A stretch of DNA of 64,000 nucleotides, taken from contig JBJKUR010000012.1 in assembly GCA_045563055.1 (NCBI GenBank), positions 22,859 to 86,858 of the forward strand, written 5' to 3'. This stretch comes from Alphaproteobacteria bacterium. Lineage in GTDB: Bacteria > Pseudomonadota > Alphaproteobacteria > Methylaequorales > Methylaequoraceae. The stretch's first letter is position 1. Every line of letters begins with the position of its first letter. Both the position numbers and the translations under genes were made by a program. Under the pieces are notes generated by a model, which saw nothing but the letters and a program-made list of their open reading frames with translations, did no database searches and was not told the DNA's origin. Below, one piece after another: positions 26,489 through 36,534 of this stretch.

Positions 26489-26536
26489 TTGGTTCAAGCA
26501 AAATATCGTAATTTTTAATGCTTGAACCAATGTTTT
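26489..26536 (+). terminator. Hairpin terminator after the acidic-peptide ORF
   Basis: An 11-bp perfect inverted repeat, TTGGTTCAAGC (26489-26499) and GCTTGAACCAA (26520-26530), is followed by TGTTTT. Confidence 0.45.
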
Positions 26537-26653
26537 AAGATTAAAATAAATCTTTAAGAAAATAAGAACAAACAAAAGTGTGTTGCACTGAAATTGTCTT
26601 GTTTTCCCTATTTTTTTTAAGAGTGCATCCTCTGAAATCTCTTGAGAGTCTTC

Positions 26654-26705
26654 CTAAAACAAACAAGGGCGAACAATTGCCCGCCCTTGCCGATGAGACT
26701 TCTGT
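26654..26705. repeat. 52-bp perfect direct repeat, copy B (the 3' end of the tmRNA gene itself)
   Basis: It is identical to 25153-25204, offset by 1501 bp. Confidence 0.9.
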
Positions 26706-26940
26706 TGCCCGGTGTCATCATGACCGCGCTTTCTTAATTAATTAAGCAGCGAGTGCCATTTCATTATCGTTGGCAATTATAAAGTTTGGTCCGATAACGT
26801 TGGTACCATTCCGAGCAAAGTTTTGACCCATCCCACGCACGTCGATCCTATTTCGCCCCCATTGGTGGAGGCGCCGGGTACCGCCCCCGGGTCCGTATCG
26901 GTTCAAAATCAAACATTTATCGCCATAGCTGCAAAGCAGC
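26654..26940 (-). ncRNA. ssrA: tmRNA (ssrA), circularly permuted two-piece form; the 5' boundary is approximate
   Basis: The minus strand reads CCGGG-GGCGGTA-CCCGG (T-arm), then CGCCTCC-ACCA. After AT comes GGGGGCGAAATAGGATCGACG (5' acceptor strand and conserved GGAUCGACG). The two strands pair, including a G3:U70 wobble. The tag frame GCC AAC GAT AAT GAA ATG GCA CTC GCT GCT TAA gives ANDNEMALAA (26774->26742). The gene ends in a stem-loop plus TTTGTTTT. The acceptor piece preceding the coding piece matches the alphaproteobacterial permuted arrangement. Confidence 0.85.
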
Positions 26941-27024
26941 ATTTCAATCATAAATTATCTATAAAAAAATAAAACCAATAAATTGTTTTAATTAAAAAAT
27001 CAGTTATCCTCTATAATAAATTAA

Positions 27025-27951
27025 ATGAATAAGCGATCACAAAATCAAACTGAAATTGAAAGATTAAGGAAGAATAGTTTTTCAACAAAAAGAGTTACAG
27101 TTAGAGGCTTGGAAAAGGAATTGTATAAGTCTTTTAATGTTTTAGATCACGGGTTCGTTAGAGTTGTTGATTACATGGGCGATGACTCATCAATTGTTCA
27201 AGCAGCGAGAGTTTCTTACGGTAAGGGAACTAAAAAATTAAATCAGGACAAAAATTTAATAAATTACTTAATTAGCCATAGGCACTCAACACCCTTTGAA
27301 ATGAATGAAATAAAATTTCATGTCAAACTACCAATTTTTGTGGCGAGGCAGTGGATTCGCCACAGAACAGCAAATGTTAATGAATATTCTGCAAGATATT
27401 CAATTTTGGAAAATGAATTTTATATCCCCAAAAATAAAGACTTAAAACCTCAATCTATAATAAACAATCAAGGAAGATCAGGAAAATTACAACCAAGGGA
27501 AATTAAAGAATACTCTAAAATTATTAAAGATAATTCACAGCTGAGTTTTGATAATTATGCACAACTTCTTAATGAAGATGAAACTGGAAAAAAATTAAAA
27601 GAGGATAAAAATGGATTGGCAAGAGAACTTGCAAGAATGACTTTGCCTTTGAATGCATACACACAATGGTATTGGAAAATCGATCTTCATAACTTTATGC
27701 ATTTTTTATCTTTAAGATTTGATGAGCATGCCCAATTTGAAATCAGAGTTTATGCAGAAGTAATGATGAATATCATGAAAAAGTGGGTTCCATTGACATA
27801 TGAAGCATTCTTAAATAATAGGTTAAGGGGATTAACTATTTCCGAGAATGGAGTTTCTTATTTGAAGTCTCTTATTCACGGAAAAAAACCAAATTCAGGT
27901 AAAATTTCAAAAAGAGAATTAGAGAAGATAAAAAATATTTTTAATTGTTAA
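27025..27951 (+). CDS. thyX: FAD-dependent thymidylate synthase ThyX
   Basis: The ThyX motif RHR-x7-S-x-R is present as RHRTANVNEYSAR. Confidence 0.9.
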   Translation: MNKRSQNQTEIERLRKNSFSTKRVTVRGLEKELYKSFNVLDHGFVRVVDYMGDDSSIVQAARVSYGKGTKKLNQDKNLINYLISHRHSTPFEMNEIKFHVKLPIFVARQWIRHRTANVNEYSARYSILENEFYIPKNKDLKPQSIINNQGRSGKLQPREIKEYSKIIKDNSQLSFDNYAQLLNEDETGKKLKEDKNGLARELARMTLPLNAYTQWYWKIDLHNFMHFLSLRFDEHAQFEIRVYAEVMMNIMKKWVPLTYEAFLNNRLRGLTISENGVSYLKSLIHGKKPNSGKISKRELEKIKNIFNC

Positions 27952-28717
27952 TTTTAACATCACTTAGGGACTTGTCTTGAATAGAATTTATGAGGTTGTT
28001 ACAAATTTCTTCAAATATATTTAAAATTTTAGAATTTTTATCAAATGTTATTGGTTTTCCATTATCTCCAGAAACTGGTATCTCAGGAAAAATTGGAATT
28101 TCACCTAAAAACCTTAGTTTTTGTTTTTTAGATTCATTGATAACTCCGTTCTTACCAAAAATGTAATTTTTCTTGTCGTTAATAAGAAGATAACTCATGT
28201 TTTGTACCATTCCTAAGATTGGAACATTAACTTTTTTGAACATATTAATTGCCTTCCTAACATCAATTAAAGAAACCTCTTGAGGAGTAGAGACAATAAC
28301 AGCTCCATTTATTTTAATGTTTTGGCATAGCGAAAGTTGAATATCTCCAGTACCTGGAGGAAGATCTATTATTAAAATGTCTAGTTCACCCCATTCAACA
28401 TCACCAAGAAGTTGTCTGATAGCTCCTGAAGCCATTGCACCTCTCCAAATAATGGCTTTATCATCTGGGACCATATTGCCAATTGACATAGATTTTATAT
28501 TAAATTTTGAATATGGTAATATTTTTTTTTTTTCTGATGAGGATGGTTTTTCTGAAATTCCAAGCATTTTTGGGATTGAAGGACCGTAAACATCTGCATC
28601 CAATAACCCAATTTTAAGGTTTTTGGTGTTGGCTAGGCTAACAGCTAAATTTACAGATAAGGTGGATTTTCCCACACCTCCTTTGCCTGAGGCTACAGCA
28701 ATAATTTTTTTAATCAT
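27941..28717 (-). CDS. apbC: Fe-S cluster carrier ATPase Mrp/ApbC
   Basis: It has the deviant Walker A GKGGVGKST and the motifs DLPPGTGD and VSTPQ. Confidence 0.9.
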   Translation of the reverse strand: MIKKIIAVASGKGGVGKSTLSVNLAVSLANTKNLKIGLLDADVYGPSIPKMLGISEKPSSSEKKKILPYSKFNIKSMSIGNMVPDDKAIIWRGAMASGAIRQLLGDVEWGELDILIIDLPPGTGDIQLSLCQNIKINGAVIVSTPQEVSLIDVRKAINMFKKVNVPILGMVQNMSYLLINDKKNYIFGKNGVINESKKQKLRFLGEIPIFPEIPVSGDNGKPITFDKNSKILNIFEEICNNLINSIQDKSLSDVKINN

Positions 28718-28817
28718 ATTTATTAAGTTTAAATAAAAAAAAATAAAATTAAATTAGAAAATTATTCTTTGCATGCTCAAACTAATTCTTATATATAAGT
28801 TATCGAAAGTAAAAAAT

Positions 28818-29930
28818 ATGTCTTGGTCATCAAACGATAATAATAGTCCTTGGGGTAAAAAACCCAGTGGAAAAAATAAAAACTCCAATAATTCTGGTGG
28901 GGGTTACAATGATGATTATATAAATGGGTTGCAAGACAAATTAAAAGACATGTTCCCCAAAAACAACCCTGCTAGTTTTGGTCTTATAGTATTAATAGCT
29001 TTATCTATCTGGACTTTGAGTGGATTTTACCGTGTCGGAACCGATGAACAAGGTGTTGTAACTAGATTTGGTGAATACGTTCGAACAACAGAGCCAGGAC
29101 TGCATTATCATCTTCCTTACCCTATTGAGTCTGCTTTTAAACCAAAGGTTACTAAAGTTAATAGGATCGAAGTTGGGTTTAGAACTTCTCAATCACAATT
29201 TTCTCAAACCCCTCAGACCAGACAAACTCCTGAGGAAGCATTAATGTTAACTGGTGATGAAAATATAGTTGATTTAAACTTTACTATTTTTTGGATTATT
29301 AATGATGCTAAAGATTTCCTATTCAACGTTAGGAACCCTGAAATTACCATTAAAAGTATAGGAGAAAGTGTGATGAGGGAAAAAATAGGCCAGACGCCAA
29401 TTGATCCGATTTTATCTGAAGGAAAATCAATTGTCGAAGAAGATGTGAAAAATGATGTCCAGAATGTTTTGAATTATTATCAAGCAGGTGTTTTAGTAAC
29501 TCAAGTCCAATTGCAAAAAGCCGATCCTCCTGAACTTGTAATTGAATCCTTTAGAGACGTTCAAAGGGCTAAAACAGATGAACAAAGATTGAGAAATGAA
29601 GCCGAGGCATACAGAAATGATATAATTCCTAGAGCAAGAGGTGAAGCTGAAAAAAAAATACAAGAAGCTGAAGCATACAAGCAAGGAGTAGTTGCGAAAG
29701 CTGAAGGTGAAGCTCAGAGGTTTCTGTCTGTGTATGATTCTTACAAAAACTCTAAAGATGTAACTAGGGAGAGAATTTACCTAGAAACTTTAGAAAAAAC
29801 TCTTGGAAAAATTGACAAAGTTATTGTTGATAATAAAGCTGGAGGTGGGGTCGTTCCCTACTTGCCACTTCCTGAGTTAAAAAAAAAATTAAAAAATAAT
29901 AATCAGAACCCAAATCAAGACAATGAGTAA
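28818..29930 (+). CDS. hflK: Protease modulator HflK
   Basis: It has an SPFH/band-7 domain after a TM helix and lies upstream of hflC. The probable start is the ATG at 28818 (MSWSSNDNNSPWG) rather than the ORF-track start at 28773. Confidence 0.85.
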   Translation: MSWSSNDNNSPWGKKPSGKNKNSNNSGGGYNDDYINGLQDKLKDMFPKNNPASFGLIVLIALSIWTLSGFYRVGTDEQGVVTRFGEYVRTTEPGLHYHLPYPIESAFKPKVTKVNRIEVGFRTSQSQFSQTPQTRQTPEEALMLTGDENIVDLNFTIFWIINDAKDFLFNVRNPEITIKSIGESVMREKIGQTPIDPILSEGKSIVEEDVKNDVQNVLNYYQAGVLVTQVQLQKADPPELVIESFRDVQRAKTDEQRLRNEAEAYRNDIIPRARGEAEKKIQEAEAYKQGVVAKAEGEAQRFLSVYDSYKNSKDVTRERIYLETLEKTLGKIDKVIVDNKAGGGVVPYLPLPELKKKLKNNNQNPNQDNE

Positions 29931-30792
29931 AACTAGCATCTACTTAACACTAATAATTATAACTATATTTATTTTACTTAATTCATTATTTACTATGAAT
30001 GAAAGAGAACAAGGATTAGTTCTTCAATTTGGAGAACCAAAAAGAGTTGTTAAATCTTCAGGATTACACTTTAAGCTTCCATTAATTCAGAATGTTATTA
30101 GATACGATAGAAGAATACTTGAATATGACTTGCCAGTAGAGGAAGTTATAGCTGTTGATAAAAAAAGAATGTTGATAGATTCCTTCACTAGATTCAAGAT
30201 AACAGATCCACTCGAATTTTATAAAACTGTAGGTAATGAGATCAACGTCCGTAACAGATTAAATTCTAATGTCATTTCTTCTCTAAGGAGGGTTGTTGGT
30301 AGAGTTACTCTTGACGAATTGTTATCACAGGAAAGAAGCAATATCATGGAAAATATAAAAGTAGAAGTTAACAATGAGGCCTTTAGATTTGGAATTGAAA
30401 TTGTGGATGTTAGAATTAGAAGAGCTGACTTACCTGAAGCTAATAGTCAGGCAATATATGAAAGAATGATTAGTGAAAGGGTAAGAGAAGCAAAAGAATT
30501 TAGAGCCAAAGGATCTGAAATTGCTCAGAAAATCACTGCTGAAGCTGACAAAGAAAGAACGGTAATTTTGGCTGAGGCTGATAGAAAATCTGAAATTCTT
30601 AGAGGTGAGGGCGAGTCAATAGCTATTGATGTTTACGCCGATGCATTCGAGCAGGATGCAGATTTTTACTCATTTTATAGATCAATGCAAGCATACGGAA
30701 ATGTTTTAGGAGAGGATGGAACAACAATGATCCTTTCTCCGGATAGTGAATTCCTTGAATTTTTTAATAATTCCAAGGGAAGACAAAGATGA
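29923..30792 (+). CDS. hflC: Protease modulator HflC
   Basis: It has an SPFH domain and an N-terminal anchor, and it overlaps the end of hflK. Confidence 0.9.
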   Translation: MSKTSIYLTLIIITIFILLNSLFTMNEREQGLVLQFGEPKRVVKSSGLHFKLPLIQNVIRYDRRILEYDLPVEEVIAVDKKRMLIDSFTRFKITDPLEFYKTVGNEINVRNRLNSNVISSLRRVVGRVTLDELLSQERSNIMENIKVEVNNEAFRFGIEIVDVRIRRADLPEANSQAIYERMISERVREAKEFRAKGSEIAQKITAEADKERTVILAEADRKSEILRGEGESIAIDVYADAFEQDADFYSFYRSMQAYGNVLGEDGTTMILSPDSEFLEFFNNSKGRQR

Positions 30793-32252
30793 AGAGTTTG
30801 AAAAACACATTATCGTTTCTTTTAATAATTTTTATTCTAAACTTTAAGTATATCAATGCACATCCTTTGTCAGATGATTTTGCTGATTTGGTAGCTAAAA
30901 AATCACCGAGCGTTGTTAACGTATTTACTGTTCAAAAACCAAAGCAGCCAACAAACAACCAAGATCCACTTGATGGAATCCCTCCACAATTTAGAGATTT
31001 TTTTAAAAATTTTCCTCCAGGATTCCCTTTTGGTCCCCCACAACAATCCCCTAACCAACAAGAAAGTGAGAGACCTCAAGCTCTTGGCTCAGGGTTTGTC
31101 ATAGACCCCACGGGTTATATAGTCACTAATAATCATGTTATTGAGCAAGCCAATGAGATAAAAGTTAAATTTCAAGATGACACTGAACTTGAAGCAAAAC
31201 TTGTTGGAACTGATAAATTAACTGATATTGCCTTGCTTAAAGTGGAATCAAAAAAACCTTTACCATATTTGAAGTTTGCTGACTCTGATAAAGCAAGAGT
31301 TGGACACTCAGTTTTTGCAATCGGTAATCCTTTTGGACTTGGTGGAACAGTAACATCAGGGATCATATCAGCTTTTAATAGAGATATAAATGCAGGTCCT
31401 TATGATAGTTTTATACAAACGGATGCATCAATTAACAGAGGAAATTCAGGAGGTCCTCTCTTTAATCTAGATGGTGAGGTATTAGGAATTAATACTGCGA
31501 TATTCTCCCCCACAGGTGGGAGTGTCGGTATTGGATTTTCAATTCCTTCAAACTTGGCTAAGCCGATAATTGAACAACTCAGGAAATTTGGTAAAACACA
31601 AAGAGGCTGGCTTGGAGTAAGAATTCAGGAATTGACTCCAGAAATAGCAAAAAGTTTAGGCCTTAATAATGAAGAAGGAGTTTTGATATCAATGGTAAAC
31701 CCTGGTGAACCAGCGGAAAAAGGTGGCCTTAAATCCGGAGATGTAATCATAGAATTTAATGGAAAAAAAATAAAAGATGTGAAATCGCTACAAAGAACCG
31801 TTGCTGAATCAGCTGTTGAAAGTAAAGCTAAAGTTAAGGTTTGGAGAGATAAAAAAGCACAGTCATTTACGGTTCAGTTGGGAGAGCTGGAAAAATTTAA
31901 TACAACAAAAGATGACTCGGCTGAAACCAATAAGGACGTAGTTAGTGATGAAGTTGAGATCGATAAAATAGGGTTGCGTTTGCTTGGACTTAACAAAGAA
32001 ACAAGAGCCAAGTATGATATTGCAAAAAGTGTAAATGGAGTTGTTATCACTGCAGTTAAAAGAGATTCTTTTGCTGCAAAAGCAGGGTTGAATGTTGGAA
32101 ATGTAATATCTCAAATTGCTCAGAAAGACATTAAAATGCCAGAACAAGCAAAAGAGATTTTTGAAGAGTTTTTAAAAAAGAAATCGGACTCGGCTTTACT
32201 TCAGGTTTTTGAGGGTGAATTTTCAAGGTTCTTAATTCTTAAACTTAAGTAA
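30789..32252 (+). CDS. degP: Periplasmic serine endoprotease DegP/HtrA family
   Basis: It has a signal peptide, trypsin-like motifs (TNNHV, DIALLK, GNSGGPL) and two PDZ domains. Confidence 0.9.
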   Translation: MKSLKNTLSFLLIIFILNFKYINAHPLSDDFADLVAKKSPSVVNVFTVQKPKQPTNNQDPLDGIPPQFRDFFKNFPPGFPFGPPQQSPNQQESERPQALGSGFVIDPTGYIVTNNHVIEQANEIKVKFQDDTELEAKLVGTDKLTDIALLKVESKKPLPYLKFADSDKARVGHSVFAIGNPFGLGGTVTSGIISAFNRDINAGPYDSFIQTDASINRGNSGGPLFNLDGEVLGINTAIFSPTGGSVGIGFSIPSNLAKPIIEQLRKFGKTQRGWLGVRIQELTPEIAKSLGLNNEEGVLISMVNPGEPAEKGGLKSGDVIIEFNGKKIKDVKSLQRTVAESAVESKAKVKVWRDKKAQSFTVQLGELEKFNTTKDDSAETNKDVVSDEVEIDKIGLRLLGLNKETRAKYDIAKSVNGVVITAVKRDSFAAKAGLNVGNVISQIAQKDIKMPEQAKEIFEEFLKKKSDSALLQVFEGEFSRFLILKLK

Positions 32253-32257
32253 AAGTT

Positions 32258-33154
32258 TTGTTACCTTTTGCAATTTTGATCGGTGGTGCAACAGCAACTG
32301 GAAAAACCAGGTTAGCATTTGAAATACAAGAAAAAATTCCCAGCATTATATTAAATGCAGATAGTATGCAAGTCTACGAAGATTTGCAAACTTTAACAAA
32401 CATGCCAGATAAGAAAGACATTATTAAACATTCTTGTAATTTATTTGGCTACATTCAATACCCTGATAAATGTAGCGTAGGAAATTGGCATAAAAATGTA
32501 AAAAGTATACTAGAAGTTAAAAAAAATAAGATTCCAATCTTTGTTGGTGGTACAGGGTTATACTTAGATAGTTTAAACGGAAATATGTCAAATATTCCAG
32601 AAATAAATCTAAGAGTTCAAAGAAATGTAGAAGAAATTCACGCTAAATTTGGTAATAATTATTTTTATGAAAAATTAAAAAAAATTGATAAATCTTACTC
32701 TAAAATTATCTCTAAAAATGATTCTCAAAGACTAATTAGAGCCATTAGTGTTAAACTATCAACAGGTAGGAATTTATCATATTGGCATTTGAAAAAAACA
32801 AAAAAACTCTTTAAAAAAATTGTTTACGTTTCGGTTGTAAAGGATAGAAAAGAATTATATGAAATAATAAACTTAAGGTGCAAAAAAATCCTCAATTCAG
32901 ATGTAAAAAATGAAATAATCAGTTTTATGAAAAAAAAAAAAAATATCAATCATCCTCTTCATAAATCAATTGGATTAGCTATCCTATTTGATTTTTTTTC
33001 TGGTAAAATTGGATTTGATCAGGCCTTAGAAATTTTTAGTCAAGAAACAAGACAATATGCAAAAAGGCAATTTACATGGTTTAAAAATAGATCTATAGAT
33101 TCAAAAAAATTAGAGTATCAGGAAGCAAAAAAATTTGTGTTGAAAAATATTTGA
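32258..33154 (+). CDS. miaA: tRNA dimethylallyltransferase MiaA
   Basis: It has the P-loop GGATATGKT, the motif LNADSMQVY and GGTGLY. The start codon is TTG. Confidence 0.85.
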   Translation: MLPFAILIGGATATGKTRLAFEIQEKIPSIILNADSMQVYEDLQTLTNMPDKKDIIKHSCNLFGYIQYPDKCSVGNWHKNVKSILEVKKNKIPIFVGGTGLYLDSLNGNMSNIPEINLRVQRNVEEIHAKFGNNYFYEKLKKIDKSYSKIISKNDSQRLIRAISVKLSTGRNLSYWHLKKTKKLFKKIVYVSVVKDRKELYEIINLRCKKILNSDVKNEIISFMKKKKNINHPLHKSIGLAILFDFFSGKIGFDQALEIFSQETRQYAKRQFTWFKNRSIDSKKLEYQEAKKFVLKNI

Positions 33155-33210
33155 TAATTTTTGTATTTTTTTGATGTGTAAAAAATGATTTTAGTTTACT
33201 TTAAAGTATT

Positions 33211-34968
33211 ATGAAAAAAATAACAGGAGCAAGAATTGTCATTGAGTCTTTAATTCAGGAAAATGTCAAAGTTATATTTGGTTATCCTGGAGGTGCAGTT
33301 CTTCCTATTTATGATGAACTATTTAAACAAAATCAGATTCGTCATATCTTAGTAAGACACGAACAAGCTGCGGTCCATGCTGCAGAGGGATATGCAAGGT
33401 CGACAGGAAAAGTTGGTGCAGTTCTTGTTACTTCTGGGCCAGGTGCAACTAATACGGTAACTGGACTTACTGATGCAATGATGGACTCTGTTCCTCTGGT
33501 TTGTATTTCCGGTCAAGTTCCAACACACATGATTGGTAACGATGCATTCCAAGAGGCTGATATCGTTGGAATAACAAGACCATGTACGAAACACAATTAT
33601 TTAGTAAAAGATATAAATAAGCTTGCAAGTAGTATCCATTCCGCTTTTTTTATAGCTAAGAATGGAAGGCCAGGTCCAGTGCTTGTTGATATACCAAAAG
33701 ATATTCAAACTTTCAAAGCTCCATACTATGGAAAAAATAAAACAAAAAGTTATACATTCTATAAACCAAAAGTTAAACCTGATCTAGAAAAGGTAAAAGA
33801 GTTTGTTAATTTACTGAGTCTTGCAAAGAAACCTATTTTTTATGTTGGGGGAGGTATCATAAATTCTGGGACAAAAGCTTCATCATCGTTGAAAGCATTA
33901 CTTGATATTACAGGCTTTCCATGCACTCAAACACTAATGGGATTGGGGGCAACACCAACTTCAGACAAACAATTCATAGGTATGTTGGGGATGCACGGAA
34001 CATATGAAGCTAATCTAGCAATGAACCAATCAGACTTAATGGTTTGTGTTGGCGCTAGATTTGATGATCGAATAACTGGCAAAGTATCTGGTTTTTCCCC
34101 GAGATCAAAGAAAGTTCACATGGATATTGATGCCTCGTCATTCAACAAAAGTGTTAATGCAAATTTATTAATTCAAGGTGATTTATCAAGAATACTAGAT
34201 TTAACATTAAAAGTTATAAATGAGAAAAAATTAAAATTTGAAAGAAAAAAAATAAAAAAATGGTGGGAACAAATTAATAAGTGGAGATCTAGGGACTGCC
34301 TTAAATATAAAAATTCAAATGAAATAATAAAACCCCAATACGCCCTGCAAAGGCTTGATTGCCTGACAAAGAAATTAAATCCATACATAACTACTGAAGT
34401 GGGTCAGCATCAAATGTGGGCCGCACAATTTCTTACATTCAATAAGCCTAGACATTGGATGACCTCTGGAGGGCTAGGAACAATGGGTTATGGTTTACCA
34501 GCTGCAATGGGTGTGCAAATTGCTTATCCAAGAGATCTTGTTATTGACGTGGCTGGCGAAGCTTCTATTCTTATGAATATACAAGAAATGTCCACAATTA
34601 AACAGTATAGGCTTCCAGTAAAGATTTTCATACTAAATAATCATTACATGGGTATGGTAAGGCAATGGCAAGAATTATTACATGGAAATAGATTGTCAGA
34701 ATCATACATGGATTCATTACCTGATTTTGTGAAGCTAGCAGAATCATTTGGAGCGACAGGCTTAAGGGTCACCAAACCTGGTGATGTTGATGATTTGATA
34801 AATGAAATGATTAAAATTAAAGGGCCGGTTATATGTGATGTTATTGTAGATCCTAAAGAAAACTGTTTTCCAATGATTCCATCTGGTGCAACACATGATC
34901 AAATGCTCCTTGGACCAAATGATAAATTAGAAGGGGAAATTTCTGAAGAAGGCATGGTTCTTGTTTAA
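33211..34968 (+). CDS. ilvB: Acetolactate synthase large subunit
   Basis: It has ThDP-enzyme motifs (GYPGGA, GPGATN, GGLGTMGYGLPAA) and sits upstream of the small subunit and ilvC. Confidence 0.95.
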   Translation: MKKITGARIVIESLIQENVKVIFGYPGGAVLPIYDELFKQNQIRHILVRHEQAAVHAAEGYARSTGKVGAVLVTSGPGATNTVTGLTDAMMDSVPLVCISGQVPTHMIGNDAFQEADIVGITRPCTKHNYLVKDINKLASSIHSAFFIAKNGRPGPVLVDIPKDIQTFKAPYYGKNKTKSYTFYKPKVKPDLEKVKEFVNLLSLAKKPIFYVGGGIINSGTKASSSLKALLDITGFPCTQTLMGLGATPTSDKQFIGMLGMHGTYEANLAMNQSDLMVCVGARFDDRITGKVSGFSPRSKKVHMDIDASSFNKSVNANLLIQGDLSRILDLTLKVINEKKLKFERKKIKKWWEQINKWRSRDCLKYKNSNEIIKPQYALQRLDCLTKKLNPYITTEVGQHQMWAAQFLTFNKPRHWMTSGGLGTMGYGLPAAMGVQIAYPRDLVIDVAGEASILMNIQEMSTIKQYRLPVKIFILNNHYMGMVRQWQELLHGNRLSESYMDSLPDFVKLAESFGATGLRVTKPGDVDDLINEMIKIKGPVICDVIVDPKENCFPMIPSGATHDQMLLGPNDKLEGEISEEGMVLV

Positions 34969-34979
34969 TACCATTCAAG

Positions 34980-35492
34980 ATGACAGAATCTAATTCCAAA
35001 CATATTCTCTCAATAATGGTGGATAATGAACCTGGAGTGCTAGCAAGAGTTGTTGGGTTGTTTTCAGGTCGAGGCTACAATATTGAAAGCTTGTCAGTTT
35101 CAGAGGTTGATTCAGACAAATTTTTATCAAGAGTAACAATAGTTACCTCTGGAACTAAAATAATAGTTGATCAGATTAAAGCTCAATTAAAAAAACTTAT
35201 CCCAGTGCATAATTTGATTGATATATCTGAATTAGAAACCTTTATAGGAAAAGAGTTGATTTTCATTAAATTGAATGTAAAAAGTAAAGAAGTTTCAAAA
35301 GTTAAAGAGCTAGTTAAAAAATTTGGAGCAAAAGTTTTACTTATTAAGAAATTTGAGTTTATCATTGAGTTCGCTGGCACACCATCTGAGATCACTTTGA
35401 TTATAAAGAAACTTGGAAGCTTCAAAATAATTGAACTTACTAGATCTGGCTTAGTTTCGATGGCTTTAGGAACTGAATATATAAAAAAATAA
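34980..35492 (+). CDS. ilvH: Acetolactate synthase small (regulatory) subunit
   Basis: It has an ACT domain (ILSIMVDNEPGVLARVVGLFSGRGYNIESL). Confidence 0.9.
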   Translation: MTESNSKHILSIMVDNEPGVLARVVGLFSGRGYNIESLSVSEVDSDKFLSRVTIVTSGTKIIVDQIKAQLKKLIPVHNLIDISELETFIGKELIFIKLNVKSKEVSKVKELVKKFGAKVLLIKKFEFIIEFAGTPSEITLIIKKLGSFKIIELTRSGLVSMALGTEYIKK

Positions 35493-35499
35493 GGATTAA

Positions 35500-36522
<1,023 letters not shown>

Positions 36523-36534
36523 TTTTTGAAATTT

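Noticed and set aside
26280-26501. A 73-aa minus-strand Leu/Phe-rich ORF.
   Set aside because: It is the antisense shadow of a GAA/AAA-rich plus-strand small gene, which has an SD, a signal peptide and a terminator.
26742-26951. A 69-aa minus-strand ORF ending ...ANDNEMALAA.
   Set aside because: This is the tmRNA gene read as protein. Only the last 10 codons (the tag reading frame) are meaningful.
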